DNA of 64,000 bases from an uncultured bacterium. GTDB taxonomy: Bacteria > Babelota > Babeliae > Babelales > Vermiphilaceae. Shown piece by piece: positions 32,918-41,292 of this stretch. Numbering within the stretch: the first letter of the stretch is position 1; every line of letters begins with the position of its first letter. Below the pieces are notes generated by a model. The model was not told the DNA's origin. It searched no databases and saw nothing but the letters and a program-made list of their open reading frames with translations. Both the position numbers and the translations under genes were made by a program. The stretch spans positions 256,001 through 320,000 of the forward strand of contig CAVSFC010000002.1 in the NCBI GenBank assembly GCA_963727255.1, given 5' to 3'.

Positions 32918-33435
32918 TGAAGAAACTATTATTAGCATTACTTTGTGTTCCAACAATCCATGCAATGGAATTAGTAGAAGCGCGTAATGTATCATCAGCA
33001 GATGAATCTTTAAAGCTGTATACCAATCATAAAGACATGTTTGTCGAAGATGATAATGCAGCATATCGTATAGAACGACACGCAATGAATAAAGATCTGC
33101 GCAATGTTCTTGCACATAAAGCCTTGAAGAAATTTAAAGATGCTGGATATATCCAAATCAATCAAGATGAGACTGGTAAATATGCGCTTGCTGCTCACGT
33201 TCGTGGATTGGGTGGTGGGGGAGTTGGAGCAACAATTGGTGTCATTGTTGGTAAAACTTTAACCTATGGCATATGTTATGGTGGTATTTGGGTTGCATCG
33301 TTAATTGCTGGGCCAGCGTCGACACCAACTGCATTAGTAGCAGGAAAAGTAGCGTCGCCATTTATAGAACTGGCCAGCAATAAAGTTGCCATTGGTTGCG
33401 GTATTCTTGGGGGAATATTGACAGGGCCCGTATAA
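32917..33435 (+). CDS. Secreted precursor with a VRGLGG junction and hydrophobic Gly-rich C-terminal peptide
   Basis: IHA|MEL signal; YALAAHVRGLGG then GGVGATIGVIVG...GCGILGGILTGPV. Confidence 0.8.
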   Translation: MKKLLLALLCVPTIHAMELVEARNVSSADESLKLYTNHKDMFVEDDNAAYRIERHAMNKDLRNVLAHKALKKFKDAGYIQINQDETGKYALAAHVRGLGGGGVGATIGVIVGKTLTYGICYGGIWVASLIAGPASTPTALVAGKVASPFIELASNKVAIGCGILGGILTGPV

Positions 33436-33437
33436 TA

Positions 33438-33650
33438 ATGTTTTTTAAGAATCCAGAATATCAGCCATTTTTTGCAGAAGTTGGTGAAACATTCTTAATG
33501 ATTATTGCTTTGCAATTGTTATTAAATATTATTGGATATCGAGATTTTTTAGTAGAACAAAAGACAATTTGGTTAGTACTTGTCTGTTTGGTCACATATC
33601 TATTAAGTACTCTTGGTATCAATCTTCTGAAAAAAATATGTCCTGATTAA
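33438..33650 (+). CDS. Small 2-TM membrane protein (possible immunity protein)
   Basis: ATG 2 nt after the upstream stop; two hydrophobic helices. Confidence 0.55.
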   Translation: MFFKNPEYQPFFAEVGETFLMIIALQLLLNIIGYRDFLVEQKTIWLVLVCLVTYLLSTLGINLLKKICPD

Positions 33651-33671
33651 TAACCATTATTATGAGAAATC

Positions 33672-33696
33672 CGCCCTCAGGTATTGCCTGGGGGCC
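33672..33696 (+). terminator. Hairpin closing the islet cassette
   Basis: GCCCTCAGG-tattg-CCTGGGGGC. Confidence 0.5.
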
Positions 33697-33706
33697 TAAT
33701 TTTGCA

Positions 33707-34049
33707 ATGAAAGCAATATCTTTAATTCTTTAACTTTTGTTTGGCATTTCCAAAATGGTAGATTTTTCTGCTCGATCATACAGAAAATAAAAGATTTTTA
33801 TATTCTGCCTTATTATTACCTACATAATGGTACATAACCTGTTTGCTCAATATTTTCACCTGCAAACATTGCCAACAATGATATGCCACTAGTATTTTAT
33901 CGGCCTTATTATTCGTCGCAATAGTTGTACCGTTAAGGCTTATTTCATTTAATGGAATATTTTTGTGTGGTGGGACTATTTTTGGATTGATAATGGGCAC
34001 TTATATGGCAAAAGCATTTTCTTGGTATTTCGATCTTAAATCAGAATAA
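33707..34049 (+). pseudogene. Degraded membrane-protein gene
   Basis: Hydrophobic frame (ILSALLFVAIVVPLRLISFNGIFLCGGTIFGLIMG) interrupted by in-frame stops. Confidence 0.35.
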
Positions 34050-34091
34050 ACATGCTTCCTCGGCATACAGGCTTGAGCTAATAATCGGGCC

Positions 34092-34126
34092 TCTAAATAT
34101 AAATGTTTTTGTTGGTAAGTAAATTC
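34092..34126 (+). repeat. 35-bp direct repeat, right copy
   Basis: Identical to 32108-32142. Confidence 0.95.
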
Positions 34127-34151
34127 TGGACCAAGAAATATAATTAAAAAA

Positions 34152-34179
34152 ATCGGGCAGGAATAAAATCCTGCCCGAC
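34152..34179 (-). terminator. Terminator of the LEA-like gene pair
   Basis: TCGGGCAGGA-ataaaa-TCCTGCCCGA followed by a T run on the - strand. Confidence 0.8.
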
Positions 34180-34204
34180 TGGCCCCGATATACATGAAGG
34201 ACTT

Positions 34205-35119
34205 CTATACAATCAAAATATCGTCTTTAATAGATTGATATGCTTTGGCGAGACGTTTGACTGTTTTTTCACTCAATTCATAGCGATCTTCCGTTAATTG
34301 GCAAGGAGTATCCATAATAAATTCGAGATCGATCTCTTCATCGCTTTCGCCTGAATCATCGGCAGCAACAACCTTCACAGAGCCATTCACCAGTGAGAGC
34401 GGAACAACGGCAATCGTGGTTAGATTTGTGGGGCGCGATTCGAATGATGCTGTATGGGGTGATGCAAAAGGTGCAGGTAAAACCAGCACACAAATATTTT
34501 GCTCAGTTTCAGTTTGGTGTTCCTTATGTTCGTGTTCGTCACCATGGGCCAAATAATGTGCTGCAGCTTTTACCGCACCAATTGGTTTTTGAACCATAAC
34601 GGTATAGACCTTTTGTGCGCCAGACTTTGTTGCTTGCACAACATCATTGCCCGCATCGGCAAATTGCCCGCCAAGATCAGAAATCTCTTGTTTTGTTTCT
34701 TGCACAAATTCAGAATTTGCAATCGTATGTGCAGTATCCTTAATTTTGTGTATAGGCTTTCTGATCACAACGTTATATGCAGCTTTCGCGCCTTTTTTTA
34801 CACCTTCAACTGCTTTTAGGGCTCCATTTTTAATTGCAATTCCGGTTTTGACGGGCGCTTCTATAACCAGTTCCTTTGCAGCATTTTTCAACTCAGCGGG
34901 AGCATCGGAATTGTATACCGCTATCGCCACATCTTTTCCAAGATCTTTTGTTGCAACAGCACCTTTGACGATCGCATCTTTTGGAGTCTGAATCAATGCT
35001 TCATAAAACTGATGAGTAACATTATGAGTATTATGCACATGAGCACATTCATCACCCAATACAACGATATTGAAGAGAAAAATGGTAAGCCCCATTAATA
35101 GTATGATAAATTTCTTCAT
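34205..35119 (-). CDS. Secreted LEA/apolipoprotein-like helical repeat protein
   Basis: Signal peptide; K/A/V/D-rich repeats (VKGAVATKDLGKD, QFADAG). Confidence 0.7.
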   Translation of the reverse strand: MKKFIILLMGLTIFLFNIVVLGDECAHVHNTHNVTHQFYEALIQTPKDAIVKGAVATKDLGKDVAIAVYNSDAPAELKNAAKELVIEAPVKTGIAIKNGALKAVEGVKKGAKAAYNVVIRKPIHKIKDTAHTIANSEFVQETKQEISDLGGQFADAGNDVVQATKSGAQKVYTVMVQKPIGAVKAAAHYLAHGDEHEHKEHQTETEQNICVLVLPAPFASPHTASFESRPTNLTTIAVVPLSLVNGSVKVVAADDSGESDEEIDLEFIMDTPCQLTEDRYELSEKTVKRLAKAYQSIKDDILIV

Positions 35120-35147
35120 GGTAATTCCTTATGATTAAATATCTCAA

Positions 35148-35681
35148 TTATGAACGTTTTGCGCGCTCTTTAGCTTTTACGAAATCATCCTTCACTTCCA
35201 TCGCACCTTCTTGCAATACATGTCCGATTTCAGTTGCCTTTTCTCTGATCGTGTTTCCTGCACGAACGGCTACTTCTTTGGTTAATTGGCCCGCTTTGGA
35301 AGCGATATCCTTAGCATCATCGATAGTTTCCTCAGTTTTTTGTTTTACCTTGTGAACGGAGCATTTAGATTTATCGCATGCACAATTGGCTGCGTTTTTT
35401 ACTGATTGACCGGTCTTTGAGTTCTGAATTTTGTTTTTTGCATCAGTCATATCTTCTCCTATGTTCTGAGCAGTTTCAGTCATATTTTCTTTAATTTCAG
35501 ATGCACCTTTTTTAACATCATTAACCACTTTGCGTGAGGTATCTTTTCCAACCTCTTTGCTTACGGTGCGTGCATCACTGGTATTTACGTGATCTTGAGG
35601 CGCATGCTTGATGCATCGGCATTCTGCATGTGCCATGGTGATTACTGAAAAGAGTGCGGCAAGAGTCATGAATTTTTTCAT
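35148..35681 (-). CDS. Secreted LEA-like hydrophilic protein
   Basis: AAAGGA RBS; AHA| signal; repeats such as KQKTEETIDDAKDIASKAGQ. Confidence 0.7.
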   Translation of the reverse strand: MKKFMTLAALFSVITMAHAECRCIKHAPQDHVNTSDARTVSKEVGKDTSRKVVNDVKKGASEIKENMTETAQNIGEDMTDAKNKIQNSKTGQSVKNAANCACDKSKCSVHKVKQKTEETIDDAKDIASKAGQLTKEVAVRAGNTIREKATEIGHVLQEGAMEVKDDFVKAKERAKRS

Positions 35682-35885
35682 GATAATTCCTTTAAATATG
35701 AGAAAGTTATGCGTAAATGCGCAGAGCCAACATTTTGTTGAGATTCTGAATAGTACATTTACCAAAAATGATAATTGTTAACAGTGGCCGTAATGAGTAT
35801 GCGTTGATATCAGTAAGGCATTTTTTGCGGTGACGTGCGTGTAAACACAGTTTTGATTTTTACCCGCAAACTAAAGAACGGGTAA

Positions 35886-36023
35886 TCAGATGCTAATTTT
35901 GGGCTTGTCCCCAGAGAAAGGAAATATCTTCATTGCTCTCGTGGATTTCTCAGACTCATTTGAGTTAGATATGATGCCGGTTGCATGGCATGCATTGCGT
36001 AGAATAGGAGTTTTGTAATTCAT
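35886..36023 (-). CDS. 45-aa small ORF (possible leader peptide)
   Basis: AAGGAG 8 nt before ATG; MNYKTPILRNACHATGIIS...KPKISI; followed by a TTACCCG/CGGGTAA hairpin. Confidence 0.4.
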   Translation of the reverse strand: MNYKTPILRNACHATGIISNSNESEKSTRAMKIFPFSGDKPKISI

Positions 36024-36341
36024 AAGATTTGCTCCTTATGATTGAGTGGTATTTAGTGTTTAACCTAGAACTACTATAGCAGAAAACTTTTATAAAAACA
36101 AATTTTTCTTTCACCCAGCCTGTAAAAAAAATTTAAAATTTCATATAGAACAAAATCGTATAAATGTTGATCCATGGCTCTTTGAAACAACAATTCACCA
36201 TTTCTACCTGCTAAAGGAGTGATTGAGAACTTTTTAATACACCAGAAAACCTCTATAGACCAATCCCATTCACAAAAAGCTGAGTATGCTCTTAAAAATA
36301 CGTATTGAAAAGTCTCGAGCGCCTCTGCGTTGGAAATAAAA

Positions 36342-36370
36342 AAAGGGAACTATCGAATGATAGTTCCCTT
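36342..36370 (-). terminator. Terminator of the MutS-like gene
   Basis: AAGGGAACTATC-gaat-GATAGTTCCCTT with a T run on the - strand. Confidence 0.8.
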
Positions 36371-36394
36371 AAAGAATTAAAATCTCATTAAGAT

Positions 36395-38584
36395 TTAAAT
36401 ATCAAAGTTAATATCAGTAATTTGCTCATTCAAAATATCATTAGCAACGTTACTGGTGCTTATTCCCGGTTCTAATTTGAACGGACGGATCAGGTTCCCC
36501 GCATCATCTTTCAGAACATCTACTTTCATATTCTTAATAACTGCCGCATTGTTTTTTTCCAATTCAGTAAGAAGCGGAAAGTGTGTTGCAAGAATATAAA
36601 GATTGTTTTCAAGCCCTGCCAGTTTTTCTGCAACTTTATAAGCAGCATTAGCAGCTTTTTCAGATCCGGTTCCGGTGAATAGTTCATCAATTACAATGAA
36701 ACCAAATTGATCTTTACCAAGCGCATTCATAGTATCGCAAAGCATTTTTGCACGCATTACTTCTGCTTTGAATTTAGATTCACCCAATGCAGTATCATCA
36801 TTAACGCGCAAATAGCTGCCAATAAAAGCAAATGGAGAAACCGTCATATTTCTTGCAGGGGCAATACCAAATATATGGCTCATGAGCAAGCTCATCATAA
36901 TTGCTTTAAGAATCGTTGATTTACCGCCGGTATTTGAACCGGTCAAGATTACTTTAGCTGCATCAGCGCCTTCTCCAAGCTCAAGAGAATTGCTTACCGC
37001 AACTTTATAATCCACAAATGGATTCCAGAAATCTTTGATATTGAGCATTGGTTTTGCAGTTTCTACAAAATCAACAAAGCAGTAGCCAACACGCTCATTG
37101 CGCATCTTTTTATATAATTTTGCAGCTGCAAGGCAGGCATCAATCTCACCCAATGCTGCAAGAGCCGGCGCAAATTGTTCTTTTTCTTCGATCATTAATC
37201 GATTTGCTGCCAATACCCGGCCCGATAAAGAAAAGAATGATGCGCTATCTTTAAAGGTGCTTGTTTGAAGCAATTCAATTAATTTTGCAAAATCTGATGT
37301 TTGCGAATCATTGAAGAGCTTTTCAAGATCATCAAAATGCAAGAGCCCATTTATCAAATCAGTATATGGCTTGATCACATCTTTTAATTGCTTGCATGCA
37401 TCAACGATCGATGCAACATCAATTAAACGTGTTTGTAAATAATTGATTGCATTTTTGGTTTGAGCGGCATTTTCAATGGCTCCTTTAACAAGGGAAACTT
37501 TATAAGCAAAAATAGCCGCAAAAACCACGTCCTTGAATATCAATCCTCCAATAGCTCCCTTTTTCATAACAGCAAGCTCTTCAGGCGTTTTAGGCATTCC
37601 CTTTTTTTCTTGCAATCGAGCAATTTTTTTGAGCTTACTATCAATATCTCTGAATTCATTAACATATGCACGCGGATCTAAGCATGATGCATACCATTTA
37701 CTTGTACTAATTATGGCATCTTTAAAACTATCTTTAATCTCAACTGGCTCTCCCAGAGCATCTATTGGCCTGCCGTTTTGATCAACTTCTAAGAATTTAT
37801 TAATATTTTTTGCAATTACATAGTTCAGTAGAGTTAGCAAAACAAAATCACCACCTATTTTAGCCGCCGTCCAAAAATTATCTAAACGTGTAAGCGTTTC
37901 TAAGGCATAGGGATTTTCATTGAACTTGCTTAACCCTAAACGAGAAAAATAGAGACCTTTAAAGATTTTTTCGCTCACCGGATCATTCGTTTGCCAATAT
38001 GAGAAAAATCCTGCTTCAGCTTTTTTTACTCGTTTCATGATTGCAGACAGCTCATTAAAAAGCATTTCATCTTCAACCAATTTTTTTATGAGTGCTTGAC
38101 GATTTTTAAGAGTCTTAATGTCTAAGAATGGATGCGCAAAGAGATAAGCAAGCTCAGCCTCGCCAAAGACAGTTTTACATTCGAATTCGTTCATTACTGT
38201 TTTCTTAGGGTCACGACCACTGCCATAATAGACATCAAGATCTTTTAATGTTACCCGAAGGGCTTCATTAATTAATGAATTTGAAGCTTCCTGTTTTTCA
38301 TTGCGTGCTTGAATTTCAAAAATGCGCTGGCGCTTTTCATGCTCAGATAATACCGGAAAGGTAAAATCTAGTTTATTTTTTCCTTTTTTACCGGTTTGTG
38401 AATTAGTTGAAGGCTTTGGCTGTGCTTCTACAACCCCAAAGGAATTTAGATAGCTATCGCCAACCTCCTGATAGGTAATTTGAGTATTTTTCTGTTCTGA
38501 TTGTGTGGCTGCGCTTATTGTTGGGCAAAGCGTACCAATGACAAAAAATGCGGTCATTAAACGTAATGATAAGCGTTTATGCAT
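36395..38584 (-). CDS. MutS-family ATPase (domains III and V) with signal peptide and TM segments
   Basis: TGSNTGGKST, GESKFKAEV, IDELFTGT, ATHF; no mismatch-binding domain seen; N-terminal signal peptide. Confidence 0.85.
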   Translation of the reverse strand: MHKRLSLRLMTAFFVIGTLCPTISAATQSEQKNTQITYQEVGDSYLNSFGVVEAQPKPSTNSQTGKKGKNKLDFTFPVLSEHEKRQRIFEIQARNEKQEASNSLINEALRVTLKDLDVYYGSGRDPKKTVMNEFECKTVFGEAELAYLFAHPFLDIKTLKNRQALIKKLVEDEMLFNELSAIMKRVKKAEAGFFSYWQTNDPVSEKIFKGLYFSRLGLSKFNENPYALETLTRLDNFWTAAKIGGDFVLLTLLNYVIAKNINKFLEVDQNGRPIDALGEPVEIKDSFKDAIISTSKWYASCLDPRAYVNEFRDIDSKLKKIARLQEKKGMPKTPEELAVMKKGAIGGLIFKDVVFAAIFAYKVSLVKGAIENAAQTKNAINYLQTRLIDVASIVDACKQLKDVIKPYTDLINGLLHFDDLEKLFNDSQTSDFAKLIELLQTSTFKDSASFFSLSGRVLAANRLMIEEKEQFAPALAALGEIDACLAAAKLYKKMRNERVGYCFVDFVETAKPMLNIKDFWNPFVDYKVAVSNSLELGEGADAAKVILTGSNTGGKSTILKAIMMSLLMSHIFGIAPARNMTVSPFAFIGSYLRVNDDTALGESKFKAEVMRAKMLCDTMNALGKDQFGFIVIDELFTGTGSEKAANAAYKVAEKLAGLENNLYILATHFPLLTELEKNNAAVIKNMKVDVLKDDAGNLIRPFKLEPGISTSNVANDILNEQITDINFDI

Positions 38585-38751
38585 GAGATCCCCTAAAAGA
38601 AGTGTTAATTTGCAAGTCAAAAACAATTAAATAACTATAAAGATATTGGAACAAATGGCAAGAAATACCTGATTAAAAAGGGCTTAGCTACGAAGAATAA
38701 GCTTCGCAATTCAAGTTATTACAATTAGAAAATATTTCAGATATAAATTTT

Positions 38752-38780
38752 TTGACAAATGCACCTTTGTTTACTATAGT
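38752..38780 (+). promoter_or_regulatory. Sigma70-type promoter
   Basis: TTGACA-17 nt-TATAGT. Confidence 0.6.
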
Positions 38781-38788
38781 TAATACGA

Positions 38789-39922
38789 ATGTTCTCCCAA
38801 AATGTGAGGTTTTCTATGATATCCCGAATTTTTACCCCCTTTATTATTACTTTGAGTTTTTTAAGTATTCCGCTTACAGCCAAAACGCCTGATTTAACCA
38901 TTGAAAATCTTAATACTCAAACTCTAAATCCCGCAACTGCAATCAATGGGCAAAAGGTAAAATACATTGCCGATTGGTTTGAAACAATCAAGAAGAAAGG
39001 CATTCCCAACCAAGGGATCGCTTACGTTCCTACCAATAAATTGAGCAGCTGTTGGCAATTTAAAAAAGGGATTCCTTCAGGCCAGAAAGAGCCGATCTTT
39101 ATTCATTCATGCCCGCGTGATAACTTTAAAGGACGCTTAATTCATGGCAGAACCGGCCATAGCTTCCGCTGCACCAATGCGTGGCTTAAAAATTCAATAA
39201 TCAATGGAACCTTTGTTACCTTTGATTATTTCTTTGATGGAAAAGATTTTGATTTAGGCCAGGGAATCAATATCGATGCATTGAAGAAAATATACTCTGA
39301 AGTTATCAACAAAAATCCACAGGCTCCCATCATAATTGCAGCAACCTGCATTGGCGCAAAAATCGCATTAGAATTTGCCGTTACTCATAATCCCGAGCAT
39401 GTTAAAGCGATGATTTTAGAATCACCATTTATTGATGTAAAAAATGTGGTGTATAACTTAGGTAAAAATTATTTAAACTGGTTTCCTTTTGCTGATACAT
39501 CTAATAAAGCCAGCATGATTCAATCAATCATTGAATTGTATGCTCCGCATTGCAAGGAGACCATCAATCTTCCCCATGCAAATCTGAACAAAATTAATCC
39601 AAATATTCCACTCTTCATTGCACATTTAAAGAATGATTCAATGTGCTCAGATGAACAAATGTATCAGTTGGTTGCTGATCTTCGCAAAAGCGGTAACACA
39701 AACATCTATCTTTTAGTCTTGCAAGATACCAAAACCAAGCATGGCCATTTAAATCAGAAAAAAGAGTTCTCACAAGCTGCTAATGCCTTTTTAGCCGAGC
39801 ATAATCTCCCGCACGATAAACAACTGGCAGCTGAAGGGAAGGCCATTCTTGCCGATGCAAAATATACTGCCCAAGCCTCTGTTGCCGATTGGAAAATTGT
39901 TGTGAGCGAGAAAAAAGGATAG
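38789..39922 (+). CDS. Secreted alpha/beta hydrolase-fold protein
   Basis: Signal peptide; PIIIAATCIGAKIAL elbow; ILESPF; KNDSMC; KHGH. Confidence 0.7.
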   Translation: MFSQNVRFSMISRIFTPFIITLSFLSIPLTAKTPDLTIENLNTQTLNPATAINGQKVKYIADWFETIKKKGIPNQGIAYVPTNKLSSCWQFKKGIPSGQKEPIFIHSCPRDNFKGRLIHGRTGHSFRCTNAWLKNSIINGTFVTFDYFFDGKDFDLGQGINIDALKKIYSEVINKNPQAPIIIAATCIGAKIALEFAVTHNPEHVKAMILESPFIDVKNVVYNLGKNYLNWFPFADTSNKASMIQSIIELYAPHCKETINLPHANLNKINPNIPLFIAHLKNDSMCSDEQMYQLVADLRKSGNTNIYLLVLQDTKTKHGHLNQKKEFSQAANAFLAEHNLPHDKQLAAEGKAILADAKYTAQASVADWKIVVSEKKG

Positions 39923-40023
39923 CGGCTTAGCTCCGTACTTTTTCTAGGTTCAGATTCACGCAATAAGCATTTTCTTGACAAGTAAGCATATTTTGGCATC
40001 CTATTAGTTGGAGGCCATCAATC

Positions 40024-41292
40024 ATGAATCCCGTTAAAAAACACACTAAAACAATCCCAAAAGCTGCCGGCGTCTATTATTTTAAAGATAAAGATGGGCA
40101 GGTGATTTATGTGGGTAAGGCCAAATCTTTGGCTCACCGCGTAAATTCTTATTTTCAAAAAGGGTATGATTGGAAGGTGATGGCCCTTGTTGAAGAATAC
40201 GCTGATCTTGATTATATTCTCACCAAAAATGAAACCGAGGCCTTGCTGCTTGAAGCGCAGATGATTGCTGAGCATAAGCCAAAATATAATGTCTTGCTCG
40301 TAGAAGGCCAGCCATTTTTATATCTATTGTTTACCACCAATGATCCACTGCCAACATTGGAAGTAGTTCGCAATAAACGCAAAAAGGGCACTTATTTCGG
40401 GCCATTTCTCCATAAACGCCAGGCGCGGGGCGTGGCAGCATATCTTATCGAAACATTCCGTTTAGCACTCTGCAATAAGAAAATTGCCAATGGCTGCCTT
40501 GATTATCATTTGGGTAAATGCGCGGGCAATTGTTTGCATAATTTTGATACCAATGATTATCTCTTTCGGCTCAATCTTGCAATGGACGTGCTCCGCAACA
40601 ACCATAAAGAATCGCTTAAAAATTTAAAAGAAAAAATTAAAGAATATAGCAAAGCACTCGCATTTGAAAATGCACGCCGATTATCCGGATATGTAGAAAA
40701 TCTTGATACCATTTTTGAGACAATTAGGACCCGGTTTCATGAAAAGAAATATAAGGACGACATTTTTGTTGCGACAACTCCGACCAAAATTGCACCTCGA
40801 GATTCTGCATTAGATGAGCTGAGCGAATTTTTACACTTAAATAAGCAAATCAAAACCATCGATTGTTTTGATATCTCCCATTTTCAAAGTAGTTATATCG
40901 TGGGCTCATGTATTCGCTTTAGTAATGGAATTCCGGATAAAAACAATTTTAGACGCTTTCGCATCAAGACATTGGAAACGCAGAATGATTATGCGGCCCT
41001 CCAAGAGATTATTAAACGGCGTTATCGCGATGAAAATGAGATTCCCGATCTGATTATGATAGATGGCGGCAAAGGGCAACTCAGCGCAGCGCAAACAGTA
41101 TTGCCGCAGGGCATGATTATTAGTCTTGCCAAACGGGAAGAAACCATCTTTAGCAATACGATTCCGGATGGCAAAAAATTAGATATTCATAGCCGAGTCG
41201 GGCAACTTTTGATTGCAATTCGCGATTATGCGCATCATTTTGCTATTAGCTATCATAAATTGCGCCGCAAAAAAGGATCATTAGTTAACTGA
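40024..41292 (+). CDS. uvrC: Excinuclease UvrC, short form without the C-terminal HhH domain
   Basis: GIY-YIG (GVYYF, IYVGKAK), PKYN, CFDISH, DYAAL, PDLIMIDGGKGQL, RDYAHHFAI. Confidence 0.9.
   Translation: MNPVKKHTKTIPKAAGVYYFKDKDGQVIYVGKAKSLAHRVNSYFQKGYDWKVMALVEEYADLDYILTKNETEALLLEAQMIAEHKPKYNVLLVEGQPFLYLLFTTNDPLPTLEVVRNKRKKGTYFGPFLHKRQARGVAAYLIETFRLALCNKKIANGCLDYHLGKCAGNCLHNFDTNDYLFRLNLAMDVLRNNHKESLKNLKEKIKEYSKALAFENARRLSGYVENLDTIFETIRTRFHEKKYKDDIFVATTPTKIAPRDSALDELSEFLHLNKQIKTIDCFDISHFQSSYIVGSCIRFSNGIPDKNNFRRFRIKTLETQNDYAALQEIIKRRYRDENEIPDLIMIDGGKGQLSAAQTVLPQGMIISLAKREETIFSNTIPDGKKLDIHSRVGQLLIAIRDYAHHFAISYHKLRRKKGSLVN

Larger units (their letters stand above)
32108..34126. mobile_element. 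AT-rich genomic islet bounded by 35-bp direct repeats; no integrase in the window
   Basis: Perfect terminal repeats; + strand cassette inside a run of - strand genes; degraded ORFs. Confidence 0.6.
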
